Made by a program: the position numbers and the translations under genes | Notes under the pieces: generated by a model | The model's database searches: none | What the model saw: only the letters and a program-made list of their open reading frames with translations | Told to the model about the DNA's origin: nothing | Shown: in pieces, positions 1 through 9,111 of the stretch | Layout of the letters: each line of letters opens with the position of its first letter | How positions within the stretch are numbered: the first letter of the stretch is position 1 | IMG/VR virus record: IMGVR_UViG_3300006805_000023 | Length of the DNA: 64,000 nt | DNA from: a virus | Taxonomy: Duplodnaviria; Caudoviricetes | Direction: 5' to 3' (one strand)

Positions 1-297
1 ACCACACCAGTTGTGCTCGTTGCGGTCGGCCTTGTCCACAAAGTCATCATGAGCACGGCGCATGGCCTTAACGGGGTCGCGCATCAACACCTCAACTCGC
101 ACGCAGTCGGCACGTTGCTCTGGCGTTACCAGTTCCTCTTTGAAGAGCTTGAAGTCGATGTGACTGCCGTTCTTCATGAACAACCTGACATCGGGCTGCT
201 TGATGACCGCAACGTTGGCGACGACGGCGTCTAGTTCGCCGGACCCCCAGTTGACGTCGCTAAACTTCAGTGATAGAGTCTCGTAGGTCTTCTTCAT
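1..297 (-). CDS. hypothetical protein, runs off the window edge
   Basis: Manually read open frame from ATG 297 (MKKTYETLSLKFSDVNWG...) to position 1; sigma70-like promoter upstream. Confidence 0.6.
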   Translation of the reverse strand, partial: MKKTYETLSLKFSDVNWGSGELDAVVANVAVIKQPDVRLFMKNGSHIDFKLFKEELVTPEQRADCVRVEVLMRDPVKAMRRAHDDFVDKADRNEHNWCG

Positions 298-319
298 AGA
301 TTGGATGAGCTGAGTTAGA

Positions 320-347
320 AATCTACGTATTTGACCAGTATGGTCAA
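320..347 (-). promoter_or_regulatory. sigma70-like promoter TTGACC-N16-TAGATT, overlapping the inverted repeat TTGACC-agtat-GGTCAA (331-347)
   Basis: Read directly; points at the ORF starting at 297. Confidence 0.5.
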
Positions 348-819
348 GATCACCCCCACCCTCCTCGAATCCAGGCTCCTGATTGAAGCGATCACCGGAG
401 AAAAGCTGTTCGACAGTCTTGCCTTTTCTTACGAGACCAGCCGTGGCGGCGGTGCCTTTGCACAGGAACTTAACGGCTTGAGTCCAAACGACACCCGAAT
501 GATCCTCGATTTCATGAAAGAGGCTGGGTATGACGTGAGGCTCCCAGAAACGGGTGCTACTCCGCACGCGATCAAACGCGCTATCACAACCGCTGTGGCG
601 TCCTCTTCTTCGTCCTCGTCCAGCTCAGCGAGCCGGTCCGAAGGTTTCGGCACTCACGAAGAGGACGAGGACGAGGAGGATGAGACCGGCGTCATCAAGG
701 ATGACGAGTCCGGCATCAGTGTCAGGCGCGAGCGCCCGATGAAAGACGACCCCGCTGCGAGCGAGCTGGCCCTTGCCAGAACTCTTGGACATCGCAGCGA
801 GACCGGCGAAGAGGACTAA
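340..819 (+). CDS. acidic Ser-rich hypothetical protein, candidate internal head protein
   Basis: ORF 331..819 with ATG at 340; TACGTAT at 324-330; LLES and LIEA motifs; poly-Ser and D/E tracts. Confidence 0.6.
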   Translation: MVKITPTLLESRLLIEAITGEKLFDSLAFSYETSRGGGAFAQELNGLSPNDTRMILDFMKEAGYDVRLPETGATPHAIKRAITTAVASSSSSSSSSASRSEGFGTHEEDEDEEDETGVIKDDESGISVRRERPMKDDPAASELALARTLGHRSETGEED

Positions 820-1262
820 GCTCCCGGCTTCTTGTCAGCACGATCCTTGGCGGCAGCATCAGAGTACTTGCCCTTGTAGCGCTTCTCCAACTTGGCTTTG
901 TTGTGCGCCTGGACGCTCGCATGAGTGTAACCGAAGTGGTTCATGAGACCCTGCAGGAAGAAGCTGATGTCGCCCAGCTCCTCCAGGATCGTCTCACCGA
1001 TCGTCGCGCCAGTCTGCTCACACATCACGGTGTCCAGTGGCTGGTTGTAGATGGTGTGCTTCTTGATGGCGTCGAGGAGTTCACCAGAGGCTTCTCCGGC
1101 GATGCCGAAGACCATGCGGATGAGGTTCACCTTGTCAGCCGTGAGGGTAGCCAAGATGGCCTCAGGCGGCTTGATCAGGTCGCCCACGAACTTGGCGTAG
1201 GGGATTGCATTGACGTCCAGTTCGGGAACTGGGGTTGCGGGTGCGGATGTGTTTTGGTCCAT
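816..1262 (-). CDS. MazG-like NTP pyrophosphohydrolase
   Basis: GIAGEASGELLDAIKKH...LEELGDI..F...N.AKLEKRY pattern typical of phage MazG-like proteins. Confidence 0.8.
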   Translation of the reverse strand: MDQNTSAPATPVPELDVNAIPYAKFVGDLIKPPEAILATLTADKVNLIRMVFGIAGEASGELLDAIKKHTIYNQPLDTVMCEQTGATIGETILEELGDISFFLQGLMNHFGYTHASVQAHNKAKLEKRYKGKYSDAAAKDRADKKPGA

Positions 1263-1274
1263 CCGCTCCAGAAA

Positions 1275-1631
1275 TCACGCGATCTTGATCACCAGACGGG
1301 CTTCGATGATGGTGATCCTGACTCCCTCTGGCTCCTCGTTCGTGCGAGCAATTCCGGTCATCAGGAATACACCTTCGTCAGTGCTGATAACAAGGTTGTG
1401 CTCCGGGCCAAACTCGATCCGATCGAAAAAGCGATCGGTCTCGTGCGTGCGACGCACAAAATACTTCGCCCCGAGAGCACGCTGGGTGACAGCTGGTTCA
1501 TCCTGGCCGTCGATCGGGATCGTATGGGGTGCGAATTCGGCCTCAATGTTGCCCATAGCTGTGCAGGAACCATTGTCCGCGACGAAGCCAAGGCGTTGAT
1601 AAGGAAGGGCCGGTTTGGTTGTGTTCTCCAT
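1275..1631 (-). CDS. hypothetical protein
   Basis: ORF tightly packed between neighbours; ATG at 1631. Confidence 0.6.
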   Translation of the reverse strand: MENTTKPALPYQRLGFVADNGSCTAMGNIEAEFAPHTIPIDGQDEPAVTQRALGAKYFVRRTHETDRFFDRIEFGPEHNLVISTDEGVFLMTGIARTNEEPEGVRITIIEARLVIKIA

Positions 1632-1643
1632 AACCACTAGAAA

Positions 1644-1859
1644 TCAGACAACGGCTGTGAGGCGTGCAACTGAAAACACTAGCTTGCCTTTGCTGCCTCC
1701 AAGGAGAGCGATCGGGTCACCAGCGTTGCAGCCAATGGAGGCTATGTTGTCGTGGGAGGGAACAGCAGGACGGGCCACCAAGACTTTGCGTCGCGGACCT
1801 TTGCCATCGACTTTGACGAGGGTTCCAACGAGGGACTTGAGAGGGGAGGGAGCGGTCAT
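1644..1859 (-). CDS. small hypothetical protein (71 aa)
   Basis: ATG at 1859, 5 nt downstream of a -10 box. Confidence 0.55.
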   Translation of the reverse strand: MTAPSPLKSLVGTLVKVDGKGPRRKVLVARPAVPSHDNIASIGCNAGDPIALLGGSKGKLVFSVARLTAVV

Positions 1860-1864
1860 TCCAA

Positions 1865-1893
1865 AAGCTAACACAGGAGCTGGTGCTTGTCAA
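1865..1893 (-). promoter_or_regulatory. sigma70-like promoter TTGACA-N17-TAGCTT
   Basis: Consensus -35, 17-nt spacer, near-consensus -10. Confidence 0.7.
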
Positions 1894-1916
1894 GCCCTCC
1901 CCGAGTTGGGGAGGGC
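1894..1916 (-). terminator. hairpin downstream of the sheath gene
   Basis: GCCCTCCCC / GGGGAGGGC 9-bp stem with 5-nt loop, about 20 nt after the sheath stop. Confidence 0.6.
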
Positions 1917-1934
1917 GGCCAGCCCTGATAAGCT

Positions 1935-4316
1935 CTAAGCCTGGACGGTGGAGCCCTGAACGTCGCGAGCGATGAACTGCTCGACGTCGGCACCGCTTGG
2001 CAGGAGCGTGAAGTCGATCTCGAACGCCTCGGCGGACTTGGTCGGAATCACGTACACCTTGGCTTTGGCAAGGTTCTGATTGCGGACGTCCGGTGTGTTG
2101 GTGTCGGCGTCGCACTTGAGCTGGAACCACTCGATAGCTTCCTGCTGCTTGCGCGTCCGGAAGGCAGGTTCCACGATGTTGAGCCAGTCTTCCCACATCG
2201 TCGGGCCGTTCTGTTCGAAGTTCAGACGGCGGGAAGCCTGACGGACGACTTTGATGAGGTCGAACATCATGCGGCGAACGTTGATGCGGTCCAGCGAGGA
2301 CGCGAAGCGCTGCAGAGTGCGCTGGCCGTAAACCACGACGCCGGTGTCGTTGAACGACGCGATGGCGTTGAGGGCGTTGCCGTTGCCGGGGCCGTACATC
2401 GCGTTGCGATCCTCTTCGGTGGTCGCGTATTCGACAGCCAGGGCGTTTGGCACCTGACCGCGCTGCTCACCAGCTGGGGCGGTCCAGACCTTGCCAACCG
2501 AGTCGTTGTAGGCGAAGACGCCGGGAACGAAGGTGGTAGGCGGCATCCAGAGGTTCTTCTTGGAGTAAGGGTCGTAAACCTTGACCCACGGCCAGTAAAG
2601 GGCGGCCATGTTGGTCGCGAAGGCAGTGTGAAGGCCGGTGTACTCGCCGGTGCCGTTGTGCCAGTCGATGACCTGCTGGAGCGACAGGCCGAATGGCGTG
2701 TCATAGATGCCGAAGCAATCGTAGCGCTTCAGAAGGATCTGAGTGACCTCGTCCAGAACGGCTGCCAGAGTAACTCCAGGAACCGCCAAGATGTTGATGT
2801 CATAGAGATCGACGCGGCGGAAGTGCTGCAGACCAGTGTAGGTGCTGTTCGAGATAGTGCCGATGTACTCGGCGCTCGAAGGATTGGAGCCGTTGTAGCC
2901 CTTGGCGTTGTCGAACACCTGCTGGGACGCCTGAGCGTTGTCGGAGGTGCGGATGGAAGTCTGAGCCCCCATCAAGAAGCGCGGGTTGTTGGGGTGACGA
3001 ACGCGATCGTAGGAGTTTATGGGCTGCTCACCATTGGCACCCAAGTAAGTCGCTGTGACGTATTGGGAGATTGGGTTGGCCTCAGTGCCGACCACTGTGT
3101 CCCAGAAGTTCGGGCTGGCGGGATCGTAGCCGATCACGTTGTCGAACACTTCAACCTGAACACCACGGAACAGGATGCGGACGCGCTTGGTAAGGACTCC
3201 GACTGGGCTCCAGGCGCTGGAGGTGGTCGTCACCGCCGTGCAACGGTAAACAACGCCGAAGCGGTGGCCGGTCGTGGACTCCACGAAGCCGGTTTCGGTT
3301 CCAGGAGTGATCGTGCCAGCGTAGCCGGACACCACAATCGAGGTGCCGTTCGGGATGGCCGTAACTGAGTAGTTGCCGTCGTAAACGGAAGTGCCGGACA
3401 CCTCAATGGTGTCGGCGACCTTGAACTCGGAGCTGTTGGAGACGTTCAGGACCAGACTGCCGGAGCTGTTGGCAACACTGGTGATCGTAGCAGCCGCTGA
3501 GTCGAAGTTAACACCACGAGTCTCGCCAACGCGCACGCCATTGGTGGAGTTGAGAGCGAGCAGATCGAATTTGGTGTCCTTCGAAGGCGCAGCTGGCATG
3601 ACGCCCTGCAGGGGGATACCCTGGCTGGTAATGACGTTGCCCTGAGCATCGAGGTTGGCGAACTGGCCACCGTCTTCGATCAGGACTTCAATGCCCTGGG
3701 AAGATCCGAAGTTGGCGAAGTCGCCAGGATAACGAGCGCGGAACGACAGCAACGGGGTGACCTGACCGTGATGACGGCTCATGACGAACACCTCAGCCGG
3801 AGCTGCGGCGGAGTCATCAGAAGAGTCGATGCGGACGTCGCTGGTGTCCGTGTAGATGTCGAGCAGCTTACTTGCGAAGGTGATGACGAGGCCGGTGATG
3901 TCCGTGATCTGCAGGTTCTGGCTGGTGACCCGGCCAGTCTGGGTGATCTTGACGAAGTCGCCAACGTTGAGGCCATGACCGGTCTGAACGTTGATCGAGA
4001 AGATGTCGCCAGAGGCCTCAGCCTCGCCCATGGAGTCAAACAGAGCGGTTTCCTCGGTGTACACCTTGGCAACGCGGCAGTACCACACCTTCTGACCACG
4101 GCGCAGGAAGTTGATCGCGGCGTGCGGACCGAAGGAGTTGGCAGAGGGCTCGCCAAAGACTCTCAAGAACTGATCAGGAGAGGTGAGCAGGGTGGGCTTG
4201 TTGAGGGGGCCGCGTGCTGCCACGCCGACAAGGGCGAAGATGGTCGTGGCCTGACCGGCGATGTAATCGCTAAAGTCGCGTTCGTTGATGTAAACTCCGG
4301 GGCTAAGGGGCGTCAT
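1935..4316 (-). CDS. contractile tail sheath protein
   Basis: N-terminal LSPGVYINERDFS; C-terminal W.APAG..RG, VVYGQRTL, LDRINVRR and PTKSAEAFEIDF sheath motifs. Confidence 0.95.
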   Translation of the reverse strand: MTPLSPGVYINERDFSDYIAGQATTIFALVGVAARGPLNKPTLLTSPDQFLRVFGEPSANSFGPHAAINFLRRGQKVWYCRVAKVYTEETALFDSMGEAEASGDIFSINVQTGHGLNVGDFVKITQTGRVTSQNLQITDITGLVITFASKLLDIYTDTSDVRIDSSDDSAAAPAEVFVMSRHHGQVTPLLSFRARYPGDFANFGSSQGIEVLIEDGGQFANLDAQGNVITSQGIPLQGVMPAAPSKDTKFDLLALNSTNGVRVGETRGVNFDSAAATITSVANSSGSLVLNVSNSSEFKVADTIEVSGTSVYDGNYSVTAIPNGTSIVVSGYAGTITPGTETGFVESTTGHRFGVVYRCTAVTTTSSAWSPVGVLTKRVRILFRGVQVEVFDNVIGYDPASPNFWDTVVGTEANPISQYVTATYLGANGEQPINSYDRVRHPNNPRFLMGAQTSIRTSDNAQASQQVFDNAKGYNGSNPSSAEYIGTISNSTYTGLQHFRRVDLYDINILAVPGVTLAAVLDEVTQILLKRYDCFGIYDTPFGLSLQQVIDWHNGTGEYTGLHTAFATNMAALYWPWVKVYDPYSKKNLWMPPTTFVPGVFAYNDSVGKVWTAPAGEQRGQVPNALAVEYATTEEDRNAMYGPGNGNALNAIASFNDTGVVVYGQRTLQRFASSLDRINVRRMMFDLIKVVRQASRRLNFEQNGPTMWEDWLNIVEPAFRTRKQQEAIEWFQLKCDADTNTPDVRNQNLAKAKVYVIPTKSAEAFEIDFTLLPSGADVEQFIARDVQGSTVQA

Positions 4317-4350
4317 GATGTGTTAGAAGGGGTCTTGGATAGGTAGGGAG

Positions 4351-4926
4351 CTAGCAGCGGATGGACCAAATGAAACTCAGCGAAAGGTCTGACGTCTTGA
4401 CGATAGGGACCAGAGCCTTGCGGGCAAATAGGCCGCCACCAGCAGTCCACAGCCCCATCTCACGCAAGGTGTAACCGTTGCACTCGTCGGGGCCGAGCAG
4501 ACACTCGAACCGAGTGACGAACGGTACCGGCCAGTCCACTGAAGTGATCGCCTTGCGGCGGTTCGTGCCGTCATACTTGATCTCGTTCTCACCACCGGCG
4601 GTTGCTCCAGGTTGAGGGGACAGGGTAGTGTCAGTGAAACGTGGAGCCTCGTCGTAGGTGCCCCAGCTCACGCTGGTAATCACCATGTTGGAAGTGCCGA
4701 GGTCCTTGCCGCCGATCAGATAAGCCAGAGCCTGCCTGCCGTTGTTGACCACCATGTTGCGCGACAGATCAAGCCTGCCGTCTTCAAAACGGGGAAGCTG
4801 ATGGCGTGCAAAGTCAGGGTCGGCGAAGGCCTGATACGGATCAACTACCGGATTACCGGAGCGGTCCAGGACCAGCAACGAAACGTCGCCGCGCACCTCG
4901 ACAGTGTCTGTCAGGAGGCTGCTCAC
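4351..4926 (-). CDS. tail collar/fibre-attachment-type structural protein
   Basis: NMVVNNGRQALA...ECNGYTLREMGL....LFAR....IVKT pattern of tail-collar fibre-like proteins; directly upstream of the sheath gene. Confidence 0.6.
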   Translation of the reverse strand: MSSLLTDTVEVRGDVSLLVLDRSGNPVVDPYQAFADPDFARHQLPRFEDGRLDLSRNMVVNNGRQALAYLIGGKDLGTSNMVITSVSWGTYDEAPRFTDTTLSPQPGATAGGENEIKYDGTNRRKAITSVDWPVPFVTRFECLLGPDECNGYTLREMGLWTAGGGLFARKALVPIVKTSDLSLSFIWSIRC

Positions 4927-4928
4927 GT

Positions 4929-5174
4929 TTAGAGGATTCCGGATGGGAGGGACATCAGCTGCTGGGAGGAGAGCTTCTTGCGGAGCTTCTTCTTGTCAGC
5001 TGGGCTCAGGATCAGGTTCAGACGCTTGAAGTCGTTGATGCGAAGCCCCTTGATGTCGTGGTCACTGGGAACGCAGCTGGTGGCAATGGTTTCAACCAGA
5101 CGATCAACACCCTCGTGAAAGGCGCGACGGTTGCTGATCCTCTTGGTGGTGGCTTTAGGGCGTGGGCGGCTCAT
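4929..5174 (-). CDS. small basic hypothetical protein
   Basis: First ORF of the sheath operon; TAAGTAT 7 nt upstream. Confidence 0.6.
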   Translation of the reverse strand: MSRPRPKATTKRISNRRAFHEGVDRLVETIATSCVPSDHDIKGLRINDFKRLNLILSPADKKKLRKKLSSQQLMSLPSGIL

Positions 5175-5223
5175 TAGAACTATACTTAGACCCCGACTTC
5201 GAACCGGCCTAGATATTGCCTAC
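5175..5223. promoter_or_regulatory. back-to-back pair of TANNTAT putative late promoters (5182-5188 minus, 5210-5216 plus)
   Basis: Each motif lies exactly 7 nt from the ATG of a divergent gene. Confidence 0.65.
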
Positions 5224-5946
5224 ATGGACCCCTCACAACTCCCTGCTGGGATCGGACAGCACTGGCAGGCCATCCTCAGCTGGATCTTTTTAGTCGCAGC
5301 CGTCATCACAGCCGTAGGCGTCGTTTACGCCAAATTCTTCAAACCAGTGGTCATAAAGAACTTTGTTAAGTATCTGATCACCCCGATCAAGAACCATGTG
5401 GCCGAGGTCAGAGAGAACAACCTCGCTGTCAGGGACATGGTGACGGTCGTTGGCGAGGTTAAGGACATCATTCCGAAACTCAAGCAGGTGTGTAAGATGG
5501 TGATGCCGAACCACGGCTCCTCGCTGCCGGACGGCCTCTCCAGGGTAGAGGCTCAGCTGCTTCAACTGGTGCACCAGATGAGCCAGTCCGAAGCAATTCA
5601 GGAGGCGTTGCTCCTAGATCACCCAAAGGCGGTGTTCATCTCCGACATGGAGAACCGCAACACCTTCGTGAACAAGAAGTACGCAGAGCTGATCCGGTGC
5701 GACCGCGAGGAGCTGTTGGAGCTGGGGTGGAGGACCTACCTGATGCCGAGCGAGCTGCTGGTGTACGACACGATCTGGAAAAGCGCCTTCCGTGAGAGCC
5801 GCGATTCGTTCTTCACTCTCAAGATGCGGACCAAGCGCGGCATGGACGCCGTGACGTTTTCGGTCAAGGTCAGTGTTCTGCGCAGTTCCAACGGGAAGCC
5901 GACAGGTCAGTTCATGGGGATCATGGACGAGGTGGCTGCGGCTTGA
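5224..5946 (+). CDS. membrane-anchored PAS-domain protein
   Basis: N-terminal hydrophobic helix (WQAILSWIFLVAAVITAVGVVYA), coiled coil with PNHGSSLPDGLSRVE, C-terminal PAS-like AVFISD.....FVN..Y......EELL..GW. Confidence 0.75.
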   Translation: MDPSQLPAGIGQHWQAILSWIFLVAAVITAVGVVYAKFFKPVVIKNFVKYLITPIKNHVAEVRENNLAVRDMVTVVGEVKDIIPKLKQVCKMVMPNHGSSLPDGLSRVEAQLLQLVHQMSQSEAIQEALLLDHPKAVFISDMENRNTFVNKKYAELIRCDREELLELGWRTYLMPSELLVYDTIWKSAFRESRDSFFTLKMRTKRGMDAVTFSVKVSVLRSSNGKPTGQFMGIMDEVAAA

Positions 5947-6523
5947 GCGATTCCAATAACTCCGCGAGCGAGCGCACGACCTTGTAGTTGAGCTTACGAT
6001 CTTTGCCGGTGCCGGTGATCCTGAACTTGTCCGGTGTCCAGGCGTTGCTGAAGAAGCTACGAGCGCCCTGACCGATCCGGACTAGCTGGACCAGAATCCC
6101 GTAACGTTGCAGCACCCACTTAAGGTTGATGTTGGCAAGCTGGGTCTTGTTGTGAGCATCAAAGCAGGGCTTGACCTCGATGATGGAGTCGGTGCCGGTG
6201 CGCCAGAAGGTAGGAGGCTCAGACACCTTGTCGGACAGATCAGCCGTCAGCAGCTTGGTAGCCGGTGAGTCCAGGTTCCACACCACTTTGAAGTCTGATG
6301 TGTACACGTGTGCCATGAACATCACCTTGCCAGCGAGCTTGAACTGCGGAGACAACTCCAGGGTAGGGGCGCGCTCGATCCGAGCGATGGCACCGATCCC
6401 AATCAGCTCCTCAAACATCCACCAAGCCCAGCGCTCCTCGTCAGAATCGAAGGTGAGTCCACCCTCTGGAACTGGCTTAGGCTTTGGCTTGGTTACTGGG
6501 AAAACTGGGCTGTCGTCGTTCAC
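5921..6523 (-). CDS. PD-(D/E)xK endonuclease, DUF1064-like
   Basis: FDSDEE...YTSDF...IIEVK motif order. Confidence 0.65.
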   Translation of the reverse strand: MNDDSPVFPVTKPKPKPVPEGGLTFDSDEERWAWWMFEELIGIGAIARIERAPTLELSPQFKLAGKVMFMAHVYTSDFKVVWNLDSPATKLLTADLSDKVSEPPTFWRTGTDSIIEVKPCFDAHNKTQLANINLKWVLQRYGILVQLVRIGQGARSFFSNAWTPDKFRITGTGKDRKLNYKVVRSLAELLESLKPQPPRP

Positions 6524-6827
6524 ACAGAATCAGGTTGAGGAGTGGCAGGGGGCGTGGCTTTCCGTCGTTGCCGGTTAGCGTGACAATATCGGGAGTGACC
6601 TCGGTGATCGTAAGCAGCTCGTTGAACAAAAACACGCGATCTCCCACCTTGTCGGGGAGGTGTAGGTGCCTGATCTTCAGGAGCATGCACATGGTCTTGA
6701 AGGCTAGCACATAGTTGCCGCGCTGAAGATCTGCAGAGGCGGTGCGCTTGGCGAGCTTCCAGGCTTGGTGGACGTCCCTGCATGGCTTCCCAGCTAGGAA
6801 CGCCACAGCGTCTAGGTTTTTGATCAT
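6477..6827 (-). CDS. hypothetical protein
   Basis: Start overlaps the stop of the upstream gene (ATGA coupling). Confidence 0.55.
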   Translation of the reverse strand: MIKNLDAVAFLAGKPCRDVHQAWKLAKRTASADLQRGNYVLAFKTMCMLLKIRHLHLPDKVGDRVFLFNELLTITEVTPDIVTLTGNDGKPRPLPLLNLILCERRQPSFPSNQAKA

Positions 6828-7867
6828 GAGTCGGAAACCAGACGGGCCACACGATCTCTGCCTCCTCCAAGTTTGATGGGGCGGTCTTCCAAGAGGCCGT
6901 CCTCAATGAAGCTGAGCACGTTCTCGACGTCCGATTCAACGATCGCTGGGCTGATCCCTGGAAGCTTCATCCCCACCTCGACCAGAGACTGCGAGTCCTT
7001 GACCAGAGCGTTGATGACGCCACCGGCGGCGGCAGCACGCTTCATCTGCTGGACCGTGGGGAACCTGACCGACATTCCGGCGAACACGTGCATGAGGTGT
7101 CGAGTGTTTTTGACCCCGATGATGTTGATGAGGTCTGGGATGAAAGAGAACTTGGCACCCAGACGCATAACGTCCCCCTCACTGAGCGGCGAAGCAAAAT
7201 GGTCGAGCAGCACGTTACGGACTGCTCCGGTGGTCCAGTCAACCAGAAACTTGGCCTCGTCGAGCCCGATCTCGTATCCGAGACGCAGAGTGTTGAGCAG
7301 GTTACGTCGGTAGTCAACCGAGCGCCCTTCTGAGTCCTTACCACGGGTCTCACCCCTGCGTTCGAGCACCGACACCAGAATCACCCTGATGGCTTCTTGG
7401 ATGTTGGGTTCAGTCCAGCGAGTCTCGATGGCTGAGAGGCATTTCGCGATCGCCTGGCTGTCATCGAGGCGATGGTGCTCAGAAGCGACTGAGCCAAGTA
7501 GGTCGATTGGAGTATCACCAAGATTTTGGAACCTACCACGATAGTTCGACTCGCGAGCCACTAAGCTGATGCAACCATGCTTGGTCGAGGTAGCCGCGTA
7601 GGTGTAGAACTTGCCATCACCGGGACGCCATTTGAGAGCCCAACGGTCGATCTGACTGTACAGATGGGACAGCAGGTCCTCAAACGGGACCGACTGACTG
7701 TAACGGCTTTTCCTGATGATGCTCGACATCAGGTTGGTGAGGTGATCGCAGATCCGGTGAAAGGTCGCAAAGTCGCGGTTGCGCTTAAACAGAAGGCACA
7801 GCTCCTCAACGGTCTCGTTCTCGAAGATCATTTTCTTGCTGGCTGTTGTCGGAACTCTCGGTATCAT
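6824..7867 (-). CDS. sigma-factor region 2-like protein with C-terminal Mor-like segment; candidate late transcription factor
   Basis: FEDLL...KWRPGDGKFYTYA resembles sigma70 region 2.2-2.3; PDLINIIGVKNTRHLMHVFAGMSVRFP resembles the Mor family motif. Confidence 0.55.
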   Translation of the reverse strand: MIPRVPTTASKKMIFENETVEELCLLFKRNRDFATFHRICDHLTNLMSSIIRKSRYSQSVPFEDLLSHLYSQIDRWALKWRPGDGKFYTYAATSTKHGCISLVARESNYRGRFQNLGDTPIDLLGSVASEHHRLDDSQAIAKCLSAIETRWTEPNIQEAIRVILVSVLERRGETRGKDSEGRSVDYRRNLLNTLRLGYEIGLDEAKFLVDWTTGAVRNVLLDHFASPLSEGDVMRLGAKFSFIPDLINIIGVKNTRHLMHVFAGMSVRFPTVQQMKRAAAAGGVINALVKDSQSLVEVGMKLPGISPAIVESDVENVLSFIEDGLLEDRPIKLGGGRDRVARLVSDS

Positions 7868-7958
7868 CGTGTCGTGGGAGAGAAACCCCCTGGCTGAAAG
7901 AAAGCAAGGGTGGCTTAAGAGATCGGTTCAGCCTGTACTGAGCGCTGACCTAGGCACC

Positions 7959-7987
7959 TTGACAAGATCGACGCCGCATGCGAGATT
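7959..7987 (+). promoter_or_regulatory. sigma70-like promoter TTGACA-N17-GAGATT with extended TG
   Basis: Consensus -35, weak -10, 10 nt before ATG 7998. Confidence 0.45.
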
Positions 7988-7997
7988 TGCCGACCAC

Positions 7998-8252
7998 ATG
8001 GAAAAGCTCATAGACGTTGCATTATTGATCCTGGCTGACCTCAACGTCGCCGGGGAAGCTGGACGCATAAAGACGCGGATACTGACACTAGTCAGTGGCA
8101 CCGGGGCGAACCTGGACGAAGTCCTCGATTCGTTGGTCAAACGCGAGTATATGACGATCGTGAAGGTGGCCGGTGCCAGAGCAATCGGCAACAAGCACTT
8201 CATCACGGAACTTGGTCAGAGAGCATTCGTGGAGGCTACCACCAAGCTGTGA
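7998..8252 (+). CDS. small winged-helix-like protein
   Basis: LDEVLDSLVKREY.......HFITELG wHTH wing pattern. Confidence 0.5.
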   Translation: MEKLIDVALLILADLNVAGEAGRIKTRILTLVSGTGANLDEVLDSLVKREYMTIVKVAGARAIGNKHFITELGQRAFVEATTKL

Positions 8253-8458
8253 ACCACGAGTGCCAGTACTGCGGGACGCTCGGAGATCACTCCTTGGCGA
8301 ACTGTCGTAACTGCGGGGCTCCTACCGCTGAAGCGGTCGTGGCAGCACCACCTCCCCAACGCTTCGCGGTAGCGAAAGGACTGCTCCAGGTGGTTCCCGG
8401 AGCAGTCCTCATATTGATCAATGGCTGGAAGCTGATCTCAGTTCTGGTCGGACTCTAA
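8249..8458 (+). CDS. zinc-ribbon protein
   Basis: CQYCG...CRNCGAP; GTGA coupling to the previous gene. Confidence 0.55.
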   Translation: MNHECQYCGTLGDHSLANCRNCGAPTAEAVVAAPPPQRFAVAKGLLQVVPGAVLILINGWKLISVLVGL

Positions 8459-9091
8459 GTCATCATCAGCACTGAGCCTTTTCATCCGCTCAAAGCTGCG
8501 GCGTTCCCCGGAAACGCCTGCGCCAGACTCGCCCGTGCCTCTGGTCACCACCATGGTGGCTCCAGCCTCGACCAGAGTGGTTTCGAGCCTGCTCACGAAC
8601 TCGCCGACGTCACCCACGGTGCGTTCGACCTCCTGCAGGTCGTCTTCTTCGTTGCGGGCCTGCTCCACGCCGGGGATCTCGTTGTCCACCTCCTTGATGA
8701 TGGCTGGCTGCTTGTGACGGATCTTGATCCCGGTACCCTTGAGCCATTTGCGCGGCATCGACTCGATCACTTCGGACAGCTTACCAAAGACGTGCTTCTT
8801 CTTGGAGTTCACGTTGGCCTCCCGCACCGCAGTCAGCAGCTTGTCGAGGACCATTGTGTGCGGGATCTCGCGGTCAAACTCAACGATGAGCGCCACGGAT
8901 TCCTCTGGACACGGCCCTTTAATGAACAGGATCATCGGGTCGAACTTCGGCGGCTTGATGGGCTCAGGCTTGGCGTCGTCCTCCTCCTGCTTGGCCTTCT
9001 TGAGGGCGTTTACGATGGCGAGCACTTTGTCGCGCTCCAGTTTGGCTTCAGTGTGAAGCAGTTCTTCGACTAGTTCAAGGTCAACTTGCAT
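8438..9091 (-). CDS. hypothetical protein
   Basis: 217-aa ORF directly downstream of the helicase. Confidence 0.7.
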   Translation of the reverse strand: MQVDLELVEELLHTEAKLERDKVLAIVNALKKAKQEEDDAKPEPIKPPKFDPMILFIKGPCPEESVALIVEFDREIPHTMVLDKLLTAVREANVNSKKKHVFGKLSEVIESMPRKWLKGTGIKIRHKQPAIIKEVDNEIPGVEQARNEEDDLQEVERTVGDVGEFVSRLETTLVEAGATMVVTRGTGESGAGVSGERRSFERMKRLSADDDLESDQN

Positions 9092-9111
9092 AGGACGGCT
9101 CAGAAAGCACG

